Counted from the stretch's first letter, positions 1-9,645 are shown. The stretch: 25,664 nucleotides of DNA from Hyaloraphidium curvatum SAG 235-1 (GCA_025558095.1 JAIVFI010000050.1:1-25664); one strand, 5' to 3'. Notes: a model not told the origin generated them from the sequence alone. Numbers and translations: made by a program.

Positions 1-598
1 CGTCGCGATGTTGCCCAGGGCTGCCACACCGTACTCGGGCGAGTAAACGTGGATGCCCGCAACGCTTGCCAGGGTACCGCCGCGGCGAACGCCAAAGTAC
101 TCGCCCGTGTCGAGCATCCGCGCGTCGAACCAGTTGCCGTCGTAGGCAGCCGAGTAGAGCTCCTCCAGCTCCTTGCAATCGTCCGGCCCGAGGCGCACCG
201 CATCGGAAATGTCTACGCGGTCGAGCTGCGAGGGATCCGCAAGACGCATCTTGACATAGGCTCCGTGCGGCTCCTCCGCATAGTCGGCGAGGGCGTCCAG
301 CACGCCGGGGCTCAGATGCGCGTACATTCTTCGCGGCAACAGATGCAACACGTCCTTCAGCAGCAGCTTCATTCTCTCAGGGTCCTTCGACAGGGCCAGA
401 AACGGGGAGCGCGGTATTCGACGCTCCGGCGTACAGCAACGCGACTTCTAGCAGCTCCTCGCCCTCTTCGAGCCCAAACCACACCGTGTACGACCAGAAA
501 AAGTCGTCCAAATCGCCAATCTGGTAGTCATAGAGCACCGGGTCGCGCCGGAGGAAGGCCGCGAGCCTCTCACGGTCGTGGACCACGACCGCGCGCAT
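1..598 (-). CDS. GNAT acetyltransferase, FR47-like, bacterial type (runs off the window; one frameshift near 400)
   Basis: ATG at 598 gives MRAVVVHDRERLAAFLRRDPVLYDYQIGDLDDFFWSYTVWFG. After a 1-nt shift near 400 it continues LALSKDPERMKLLL...AYDGNWFDARMLDTGEYFGVRRGGTLASVAGIHVYSPEYGVAALGNIAT to the window edge. That ending is the GNAT strand just before the acetyl-CoA-binding motif A. No intron seen. Confidence 0.8.
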
Positions 599-871
599 CG
601 CGCGTCGGCAGCGCGTCTGTTCCTTCCGTGGGCCCGCGAACTGTCTTGCGTTCGTCACAGTGCAGCAAGTCGTTCTTCATGTGTCGCTATGGACGTCTCC
701 GGCCATGTGGGAGATTCGCCGCAGGAGCCGGCTCGTGAAAAGATTCGACGCAGAATACAACGGCTTCGCCACCGCGCTCAAGCTCCCAAAACACCACGTC
801 CTTGAAAATCTTCTGTCCAAATCCATGCGGCAGCCTTCGAATCATCGAGTTCCCCATCCAGATTCGCGAAA

Positions 872-1245
872 TCACTGAACTCTCCAGAACTCCAGCTGCA
901 TGACAGCTCCAGGTCCCGGCTCGACATGGTGCTTCAGCTTGGGGGTGTGACCGCAGCTTCTCCGGCCCGCACCGGTACAGAAACGTCTCCGCCGCCATCA
1001 ATGCCTTCGAATACAAAGTCCAAGCTGCCCTCCTGGCACACGAGCCTGCCCCACACGCCCGCCGCCGTTGAGTGGGAACGCTTGAAGCCTTGCGGCATCG
1101 ACTCGCCGGTCCACACCGGCATGGTCTTGTAGCAGACGACACCGGGCGGTAGCGAGTAAGGAGGCGGGCCGCAGGTGCCCTGGTCGGCAGAGGTCGGAGT
1201 GGCTTCGGCGCGACCGGAACCCGTCGAGCCAGCGTCGCCTTGCAT
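872..1245 (-). CDS. DUF1971 / TehB-YeaR N-terminal-like small cupin protein (one frameshift near 940)
   Basis: YKTMPVWTGESMPQGFKRSHSTAAGVWGRLVCQEGSLDF matches the DUF1971 pattern (Y-x2-T/M-P-x-W/F...H-x-T-x-x-G-x-W-G-x-L-x-V/C-x-x-G-x-L). After a shift in the C5 run it reads KLKHHVEPGPGAVMQLEFWRVQ* (TGA at 872-874). The ATG at 1245 is inferred as the start. Confidence 0.75.
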
Positions 1246-1420
1246 GACGGCACGACGGAAGAAAACGCGTCTGAATTCAGGCTGCGTGGAGCGCTGCACG
1301 CGTCCGCTGCATGAGCTAGTAGTAGCTGAGCGCTCTGCGAGTGTCGATACGCGGAGTGAGTGGACGCGTCGCGCCGCTTGCAAACTCCGTTGCTGTGTCT
1401 CCCACTCCCCACTTGCAGCA

Positions 1421-2658
1421 ATGTCGATCCGCCCGGGCCGTACGGTGATCGCCAAGACCGAGGAGGTCGTCTACGGCCAGCCGGCCGCGTCGGCGGTGCC
1501 CGAGCTTGCGCGCCGGCGCGGCGCCAGGCGCGTGCTGGTCATGGCGTCGGGCACCCTCAATCGCACCACCGACGCCGTCAAACGCGTCGTCGAGGCGCTG
1601 GGTGACATGTACGCCGCGACCTTCGATACGGTTCCCGCGCACACGCCCCGCTCGGCCGTCATTGCGGCCGCCGCGCTCGCCCGCGAGTTCGGCATTGACA
1701 CCATCGTGACTGTCGGGGGCTCAGTGACGGACGCGGGGGGCCGGGGGAGGTCTGTCTCTCCAACGACGTGACCGACGTCGACGCGATGGACCCCCTCCTC
1801 GCCGGCCCGGTCAAGCCTCCTACCGTTCGCTCGATCGCCGTGCCCACCACGCTCTCCGCCGGCGAGTTTTCGGCCATCGCGGGCGTGACCAACGAGAAGA
1901 AGCGCGCCAAGGAGCTCTTCAACCACCCGCTCTGCGCCCCGGCCGCCGTGGTGCTCGACGCCGAGATCACCCTGCACACGCCGCAGTGGCTGTTTATCAG
2001 CACCGGCATCCGCGCCGTCGATCACTGCGTCGAAGGATATTGCTCCTCCGCACCGTCGCCTTACGCCGACGGCCAAGCTCTGCACGCTTTGAAGCTGCTT
2101 TCTTCCGGCCTGCTGAAGGTCACCCAGAACCCGCAGGACCTGGACGCGCGGCTCCAGTGCCTGATCGGATGCTGGCTGTCCATGACTGGCGTCGCGACGG
2201 GGGTGCCCATGGGTTGCAGCCACGGCATTGGTGCGTGTCCTGCGAGATCGATCTGTCGCAGTTGTGCTGATCGTGAGCTGCCACTGACAGGATACGTCCT
2301 CGGAGGCGCGTTCGACGTCCCGCATGGGCACACCTCCTGCGTCATGCTCCCCGCCGTCATGAAGTGGAACAAGCCCGCCAACGCCGCCCGCCAGGCCGAC
2401 ATCGTCGCCGCTCTCGGCGGCAAGCCGGGCGACGACGCCGGGGACCTGCTGCACAAGCTGATCGCCGCGCTGGGGATGCCGAGGAGCCTCAAGGCCGTCG
2501 GCGTGGGGAAGGACAAGTTCGCGTTCGTGGCGATGCGGGCGATGAAGACCAACTGGGTGCCCAGGAACCCGAGGAAGGTGGAGTCGCAGGCGCAGGTGCT
2601 GGAGATTCTCGAGATGGTTGCGGATGATGATGCTTGGCCGCCGGCGGCGAAGATCTAG
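1421..2658 (+). CDS. Iron-containing alcohol dehydrogenase family, maleylacetate-reductase-like
   Basis: ATG 1421 (MSIRPGRTVIAKTEEVVYGQPA). Motifs: VGG(G)S NAD-binding loop with indels at about 1715-1765, AVPTTLSAGE, GIRAVDHCVEG, HGIG|YVLGG...VPHGHTSCVMLPAVMKWN. Intron 2231-2290 (GTGCGT...CTGACAG). Ends ...PPAAKI* (TAG 2656-2658). Confidence 0.9.
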
Positions 2659-2735
2659 GTGAAGGCACGTTTGCATCTGCGTTTCAAGTTTGAATCCGCG
2701 GCGTGACCGCTCAAATCTTCGCACATCACGCAACA

Positions 2736-3425
2736 ATGCGGACGCGTTTCCGTCGTCTGCTGCTTTGCGTCCTGCTTTTCATTCCTCTCTCTCTTACGAC
2801 GCGGGCCCATGTACCGGAAGAGCAACATCCGGTTGCCGGAGACGACGCGTCCCACTTCCTCACCCTCTGGCTTCGGCCTGCGTCCCCAGACCTCGACGAG
2901 TTCCTGTACCGGATCATTGCCAGCGAATGTCGATCGCTGGTGGGCGCGTCGGCGCCCTTCACTCCCCACGTGACGCTCTTCTCACTCTCGGACGAGGCAT
3001 TTCGGGACACGCCCGTCGACGACGCGATTGAGACGCTCCGGAAAGCCATTCACGCGTGGCGCGCCCGCATTGGCCGCACGGACCCCGGACCATTGGAAAT
3101 CGTCTCCCTCGGCCCACGTGCCGGCCCCACGGACGACTTTTGGGAATGCGTGATGCTGCTCTTCACGCAATCTCCGGACCTCGACGAGCTCCGCGCGGCG
3201 GTGCAGGAGTCCTTCGGCGCGGCACGCACACCATTTCAGCCACATTTATCGCTCGTGTATGGGGACTTCACTGCGGAAAAGCGGGACGCGATCGCGGCTG
3301 AGTTGGGTCGGACGGTCGGGAACGATCTTTCGGGGCCCGTGGCCTTCGACAGAGTGGAGCTCTGGCGATGCGGGATTGAGAAGAGGACTGAGGATTGGAT
3401 CAAGCTAGGCGAGGTGTTGCTATAG
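2736..3425 (+). CDS. 2H phosphoesterase, 2',3'-cyclic nucleotide phosphodiesterase (CPDase-like)
   Basis: Two HxT/S motifs: FTPHVTL and FQPHLSLVYG. Also an N-terminal LTLWLRP strand and a C-terminal VELWRC...EDWIKLGEV, as in fungal and plant CPDases. The start is uncertain (ATG 2736, or ATG 2809 if one base is missing). Confidence 0.85.
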   Translation: MRTRFRRLLLCVLLFIPLSLTTRAHVPEEQHPVAGDDASHFLTLWLRPASPDLDEFLYRIIASECRSLVGASAPFTPHVTLFSLSDEAFRDTPVDDAIETLRKAIHAWRARIGRTDPGPLEIVSLGPRAGPTDDFWECVMLLFTQSPDLDELRAAVQESFGAARTPFQPHLSLVYGDFTAEKRDAIAAELGRTVGNDLSGPVAFDRVELWRCGIEKRTEDWIKLGEVLL

Positions 3426-3523
3426 ACCTTCTTGCCTCCTCCTTTCTTGTCGCAAGCAACGCCACCGCGAGGTCCCTTGCCCTTTGCCCGCCTGCGCCTG
3501 CCCACCCCCCCACGCCGAACGCG

Positions 3524-4523
3524 ATGTCGCTCACCAACGAGCCCTTCAACATCTTCGCCCCCATCGGCGAGGTCCGGCAGACGGTCGTTCTGCCCATCCC
3601 GATGCCACCTGCCCCTGCGGCGCGGCCCCCGCCGAAGCTGGATCCCGAAGTCATCCGGCGGTACCGGGAGGACGGGGTGGCCGTCCTTCGAGGTGCGATC
3701 GACAAACCTTGGATAGACTTTCTTCGGGCTATCGTGGAGAACGCCATGGCGACGAGCCAGGACGGTGGGAGACACCGGCACGCAATGCCATTTTGGCTCA
3801 CCACGGCGAACAGCGAACCTCGGGGCGAACTACACAAAGGAAGGCGGGCCTGGCAAGTTCTATCACGAAATCGATGTTTGGCGCCGCCTGGCTCCGGCCA
3901 TGGAGTGGATTCGCGGCGGACCGATGGGCGAGCTGGCTGCCAAGCTCATGGGGAGCAAGTACTCGTGCTTCCTCTACGACCAGCTCTTCGTGAAGGAACC
4001 CAAGACGGAAGACGAAACGCCCTGGCACCAGGACCGCCCGTACTGGGCAGTCACCGGCGACATGGTGATCTCGTTCTGGATTCCCCTGGATCCCGTCGAC
4101 GCCAAGACTTGCGTCCAATACGTCCGCGGCTCGCACCGCTGGCAGGAGCACAACCCCCGCACCTTCCGCCCCGGGAACGCCCCGTACCGTGCCGGACTCC
4201 CTCTCCTCCCGGACCTGGACTCGCCCGAGGAGCAGAAGAAGCACGAGTTTCTGTCTTGGGACATGGAGCCCGGCGACGTGATCGTGTTCAACGCGATGAC
4301 CGTTCACGGCAGCAAGGGCAACCTCAGGTCCGACACCAGGAGGCGCGCGTGGGCGTTCAGGTTCGTGGGCGAGGACCACGGATTCTGCGATCAGCCTGGC
4401 CGGCAGTGGGGCTGGCCGGTGACGGACATGTGGAAGGAGGGCTACAAGGCCGGCAGCAAGATTGTCGGGCACCGAGATCATCCTGTGGTCTACGAGGAGA
4501 AGGAAGGCGGGGCCAAGCTGTAG
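3524..4523 (+). CDS. Phytanoyl-CoA dioxygenase (PhyH) family Fe(II)/2-oxoglutarate dioxygenase with C-terminal PTS1
   Basis: Exon 1 is 3524-3764 (YREDGVAVLRGAI), the intron is 3765-3813 (GTGGGA...CTCAC...AACAG), and exon 2 runs to 4523. Motifs: TPWHQD (HxD), ISFWIPLD, GSH, MEPGDVIVF...TVHGSKGN...RRA (distal His and 2OG-binding Arg). Ends GGAKL*. Confidence 0.92.
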
Positions 4524-4656
4524 TCGAGTGCGCGGCTGGCTCGTTGTTGGTACAAGTAGCGTGTGTGAATGTCGTTCAATCAAATGTGATCTTTGCTATG
4601 TACAGGCTCGCTTTCAAGTTTATCCAATTGCCAAGAACGCAGAGCTACCAGCTTGC

Positions 4657-5537
4657 TCAGCACCCTGGCGTCGGAACGGGCACATCCGGGTTCAGGAGCT
4701 TCCAGCCCCTGGAGCACCAGTGGTTGGGGTCGGAGTAGCCGGAAGTCTTCCAAATCCGGTAGTGGAGAGCCCCGCACTCAAAGTAGGGGGATTTGTCGGT
4801 CCCGCTCGCGGCCAGCTTCTCGCAGCAGGATTTCGGGACCCAGATGCAGTCCCAAGAGTTGGTGGCCATGCAGCCGATCTGCCCGTATTGCGTGCGCTTC
4901 ACTGGAGTCCAAGCGTCCTTGCCGCTCTCGTCCTGCAGGCAACCCCACGACGAGCCGGGATAGCTGGGGCCGTCTTTGGGCGCAACGCAAGTAGCGTAAG
5001 GGCGCGTGTCGACCGGCAGACGAGGGTAGCTGACGTGATCCGAAGGGCAATTCGGGTTCGGCAGGGGAATGCCACCTCCGTCCAAGTTGCCGGTGCACGT
5101 GGTCGGCGCCGGGTAGCCCAGAATGTAGACATCGTGAACGGTCTTGCACCACCCATCTGTGGGGTCATAGGGGCACGCGATGGTCCCGGTAGGCTCGACC
5201 GTGCGCGGCCGAGGCCTGGTGCAGGCGTCGTCCAAGAAGAATGTGCATTGCCCCTTCGATCCGGCGCAGCCCAGCTGGTAGAACTGGAAAGTGCCGAAGA
5301 AGAACGCCGCGTCAGAGCACGAGTACATGCACTTCTTTTCGTTCTGTAGGCCTGGACGTCACGGAGTTCACCTGGACAGCGTCGCGACTCGCTCACCGGA
5401 TACGAGGTTCGGCGGTGCCGCGAGAAAGAGCCCAACGATGCGCCGTGGGGGCTCGCTGGAGTGTCTACCAGAGGCATAGCAAAGGTTTCGGTCGCCGCCA
5501 GGCAAAGGGCGACGAGGGTGGCGAGAGATGCTCTCAT
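4657..5537 (-). CDS. Secreted cysteine-rich protein of unknown function
   Basis: Signal-peptide-like start MRASLATLVALCLAATETFA. A phase-0 intron at 5344-5396 (GTGAGC...CTACAG) joins ...TSYP|NEKKCMYSC into the 4657-5328 ORF, which is rich in Cys and Trp. Confidence 0.8.
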
Positions 5538-6552
5538 TGTTTGGTCGAAGACACGATTGTTTGTCACGGACGGAGCGATGGAAAGCAGGTTCGTTGGAGA
5601 AACTGAATGCGATGCAGAGTCACGGGACGCAGTCTTATAGTGAGTCGGGGCAGCGCCACGCTCCTGTTTCGGCGCAAGGGTCCGAACGATCCGCAGTTGT
5701 TCGAGCCTCGGAATCGTGGGGTCCTTTGACTCAGACCAGGGTGGCGCAGGCCCTGTCCCCCTTCTGCTGGAGTCTCGTAAAAAGTTGAGGAGGACGAGAA
5801 CCTTCTTTCCCTGACTCTGCTACATCAGCGTCGAACCCCGGACCGGGCTGGGTGACTTGGCGTGATGGAATTCCTTGTGCGAGCATCCTGTCCAGCGGAC
5901 AAAGGTCGGTATAGAATCAGCGGCCTGTACTTCAATAGCAATAGATCCAGCCCGAGGCCTTCTTTGGCAAGAAACACGAAGATTTGGGGAGCGAGCCTGC
6001 GCGCGTGTCCGGCTGCCGCGTGCGCCGATCCGCAGCGATCCGCAGTCGCCCCCGCTCGATTTCGCTGTTGCGGACCGCGCCGTCTGCTTCGGACTCGTCA
6101 ACGATGCTCTGACTATTGTTCTGCGGTGAGCAACCCCGGGGCCGTTCGCGATGCAAGGCCTCTGACCCTCCCCAGGGATCGCCTTCGTCGCCGAAAAGGT
6201 GTCGAACAAGGTGTCCCGCTCCCGCGCGCAGGCCAAGGCGTGCAGCGGCTCCAAGAAACCCGCCATGGTCACCCTTCCTGCCCCGCCGAAACCGCGGTCG
6301 GCGAGTCTGGACGGCGTCGAACCTCTTCCGGCCTACTCTCTCCAACCAAGGGCCGGAGAAGTTGCGGCTTTGGCTCGGGCTTGAGTTTTCGTACGGCCGA
6401 GGATAGAGCAACGCGCCGCGTCATGATCCGCGCCCGGAAACCTGGGCGGGCTGCGGGGAATCTCCTTGCGACGTGTAGCTCGTACCCCTGCCTGTTGTGA
6501 CGCGAATCGACCCCCTTTTCTGCTCAAAGTCTCCTCCTGTTTGGCGTGATTC

Positions 6553-8243
6553 TCATCTATGGCTCAGACTCAAACGCTCCACGGCCATGTCTATGACCTC
6601 GCGCGCCAGGACAACGCACCTCCGGACGTTCGTCAGGTCGTGCGGGGAAATCGTGCCCGAGGTAGCTGCGGAGCGCGAAGCTTGTGGCTGGCAAAGGCAG
6701 CCGGTCAAGAGAGGCGAGACGTGGAAGCTCAACAAAGCCGACCTTTGCGAGGAACGCCTCGAGCTCGTTGCGCCAGGCGCCGCACCAGGATATGACGAGC
6801 TCCTTCGCACTTCTATCCAGGCTCTCGATCCAGCCATCGACGGTCACGGGATCCTCGTTTTCTTCGGCCCTGGCCTGCAGCAATCGCCTCCGGGCAAACT
6901 CCAGGAGCTTGTCGTGAGCTCCGCGTGGATGCACGAAGAGGTAGTCCCGCTCCTGCTCGTTGGGCTCCGGGCCGTCGTCCAAGCCAGCTGGCAACGGCCA
7001 GAGGTACCCGCTCCCTCCCATCTCATCGTCCTGTTCCAGACCTCGATGTATGCGCGGTCCGGTCTTTCGGGGTCGTCCGCGCGGCCAACGAACGGGACAA
7101 AACCCCATTCGCAGAATCCCATCACGCTTCCCACGTGGCCGTACCAGTTGAAAACTTGCTGCCCGGCGGCCACGGCTCCAGGGACGGCGAGGTGATAGCA
7201 GCCTGCATGGGGACCCGACGGATGGTAGGTCACCTGTAAATGGGGTGCGGAAGGCGCGGGCAGATGGTTGAGGAAGTCAGCGCCCGGAACGAGAGCAAAG
7301 CTGATGTTGGCATGGTGCGAGGGAAGATTCAGGGAGAATATGCGGGTGTTGACTGAAAGCCAAGCCCAAATGAAAGAGTCCCAAGGCAAGGCTCTGCCGA
7401 CATGGCGTGCGCGCTTTCCGGGCCGAGGTCGCGGGCGTTTGTTCGGCGGCCCTTCCGTGGCGTCCTCCGCCAGCCCGAGCATGGCCGAGCCTTCGACGTC
7501 CACCAGAAGGGATTCGAACGAGGGAATGGTTGACGCCAACTCTCCCGCAAGTCGAGAACACATTCGCCAATCCGACGCAATGGCTCGTGCCATACTGTCG
7601 CGCTTTCGCGCCAGCCTGACGAGCGGATGGTCGTCTCCGGCGGCGTTGATGCTGTTCAGATCTGCAGAGACAACGCACGAAGGAACACTTAACAATAGAG
7701 CGCACCGCTCGTCAGCCTTCTCTGCACCGGCCGGCAGCAGAGGCGAAGATGACCACGACGCAGGAACGCCGGAATGGTCTTTTGGCAGGGAGTCGATGTA
7801 CGGCTTCCACTTTGAACGTTCGCCGAGCGACGTTCGTAGCAAAGGAAAAGAGCAAGAGCCTGGTGTTCCGACAGCGCAGGCTCAAAGTCGGTCATTCCCC
7901 ACGACTCGGCCGCCTTTTGCGCCGTGATCACGAAAGCCCAGGGCACACGCAGCACGCATTCGCCGGGCGCGAGGGCGCGTTCGGCAACGACGCCGCGCAG
8001 AGTCCCTCCGCCTGGCAGCTCAACTATCGCCGGGCGCAGGGGAGAACCCGGAAACGTCCTGAGGAAAGCGCCGAGCGCGGCCGAGAACTCGGCGTCCGTA
8101 GTGGGCACGTTGAGCAGCGTCGAAGAAAGGGCGTCCGAGGAGCTCGACGCGTCCGAACCGTCCATGTCCGACGCGTCCTCTTCGGCCTCAGGTGAGCCGC
8201 TCTCTTCCTCATCTTCGGCGAAAGCGGCGACGTGCGGCTCCAT
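6553..8243 (-). CDS. SET-domain lysine methyltransferase (Rubisco-LSMT/SETD4/Rkm-like); frameshifts near 7830, 7030 and 6620
   Basis: Motifs RGVVAERALAPGECVLRVP, LALFLCYERR|..SKWKPYIDSLP, FIWAWLSVNTR, ALVPGADFLNH (SET NH motif) and GQQVFNWYG...EWGF. The pieces lie in ORFs 7689-8243, 6844-7842, 6557-7108 and the end of 6553-6837. Possible intron at 7662-7705. Confidence 0.85.
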
Positions 8244-8410
8244 GATTCGGTACGAGAACGCGTCGCGGGCAGAACGGGACGCGGGGACCTTTCACTCACT
8301 TTTCAGATCCCCCTTTTCGCGGTCACCTTCAAAGATCCAACTGAAAGGACCAAAGAGAGAAAGTGACATCTTTTCAAAGACAATGTAATGACTCCATCAA
8401 CGATTCGCGG

Positions 8411-9293
8411 CTAAATGTTCTCGGAGAGCCTGAAATCGTCGCTTCTTTGCAGCGTTGCTTCGAGGTGATGCGTGAGCTGAGGCGTGGTCGTCGTCGCCAT
8501 CGCCATGGTGTAGTGCAGCGACGGCGGGTCGTCTGGACCGGCACCAGGAATCAGCTTGTATACCCTGTGGTTGGCAGTCGCGTGAGATGGAATCAATTAC
8601 GGTCAAGTCAAGCAGTCGCGCACCGTTTCGTTGCCGTCACAAACGGAGGCCGGGCCGTCGAAGTCCTCGCTGCGCCCTTTTCGTCCTTCATCTCTATGGT
8701 GAAGCTCTTGGCCTGCGGATCCAGCCGGCCTTCCTCGACCGAAGCGAGGCCTGTCAAAAATCAAGAGATCAGGAGGGCGACTTGGCCGAGTGTCGACTGC
8801 GCACGGACCATTCGGCTGCGCCAGAACGAGCTCCACCTTCGTGCCCCCGTCCGGAGTCGGTCCAAGCACCCTCAAGAAGCCCGACTCTGCGTGGAAAGGT
8901 GCGTTGTTCTTCCCAGGATTCCAGGTGTTCTGACTGGGGCCGATGAGCTCAGAATGCCATCTCGTTTCTTGCGAATCCTCACGTGTAGAAGAGATACTTG
9001 GCTCCCGGATAGCCCCAAAAGGTTATCTGCTCGACGTAGCTCCGGGGAGGGTCAGCTGCGTCTTCCGCGACACGGAGTCTCGCCGGATCCCACTCAAAGT
9101 CCTTGATAGTCGGGTAAACGCCCTTGCCGTTGCCGCGCCATGTTCCGATGAGCCAGGAAGCGGGCGCTTCGGGGCTGTAGAGCGCCGGGTTGGCGTGTGT
9201 GTGCAGGACTGGGAGCGCCGGTCGCGGAGTCGATTCAGTCGATTCCCGACTCCGGTGGGCGTCCGTGGCGCGGCGTCACCAACGTGGAGACAT
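8411..9293 (-). CDS. Nitrobindin / THAP4-like heme-binding beta-barrel (DUF1794), 6 exons
   Basis: Spliced product: MSPLLHTHANPALYSPEAPASWLIGTWRGNGKGVYPTIKDFDYVEQITFWGYPGAKYLFYTQNTWNPGKNNAPFHAESGFLRVLG...VELVLAQPNGLASVEEG...ARTSTARPPFVTATKRVYKL...LHYTMAMATTTTPQLTHHLEATLQR. Introns at 9209-9283 (exon 1 tentative), 9040-9093, 8934-8982, 8751-8808 and 8565-8623. Absent as a unit from the ORF track. Confidence 0.9.
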
Positions 9294-9645
9294 ATGAGAG
9301 TCGTTGCTCCCGCGCGGGAGCTTTCAAAGGCTGACCGATGGGCGATTGTTGCCGGGGCCGCGGCTCGGAGGTGAATCAGTACTTGGCGCTTCGACTCGCT
9401 CGATCCGTCTGACAAAGCCGGTTCCTTCTCGGCCCGGCCTTCGACGGATGCAATCCGGACAGAAGCGAAATATGACAATCGAATCGAATGCTAATTAGAC
9501 AGATTCCGACGTTCAGGAAACGAATTCCAAAATTCCAACAGATTACGTCCAGCTTCCCAAGGCAAGCGCTTGCGGCCTTCCATTACCTCATTACCTCGGC
9601 AAGGTCGCGCCGTTGGCCTTGACCTGCGGTGCCAAGTTCACCTGC

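Noticed and set aside
1-4523. Reading the left end as a bacterial contig or operon
   Set aside because: The Fe-ADH and PhyH genes carry spliceosomal introns and PTS1-like tails, and are contiguous with intron-rich fungal genes.
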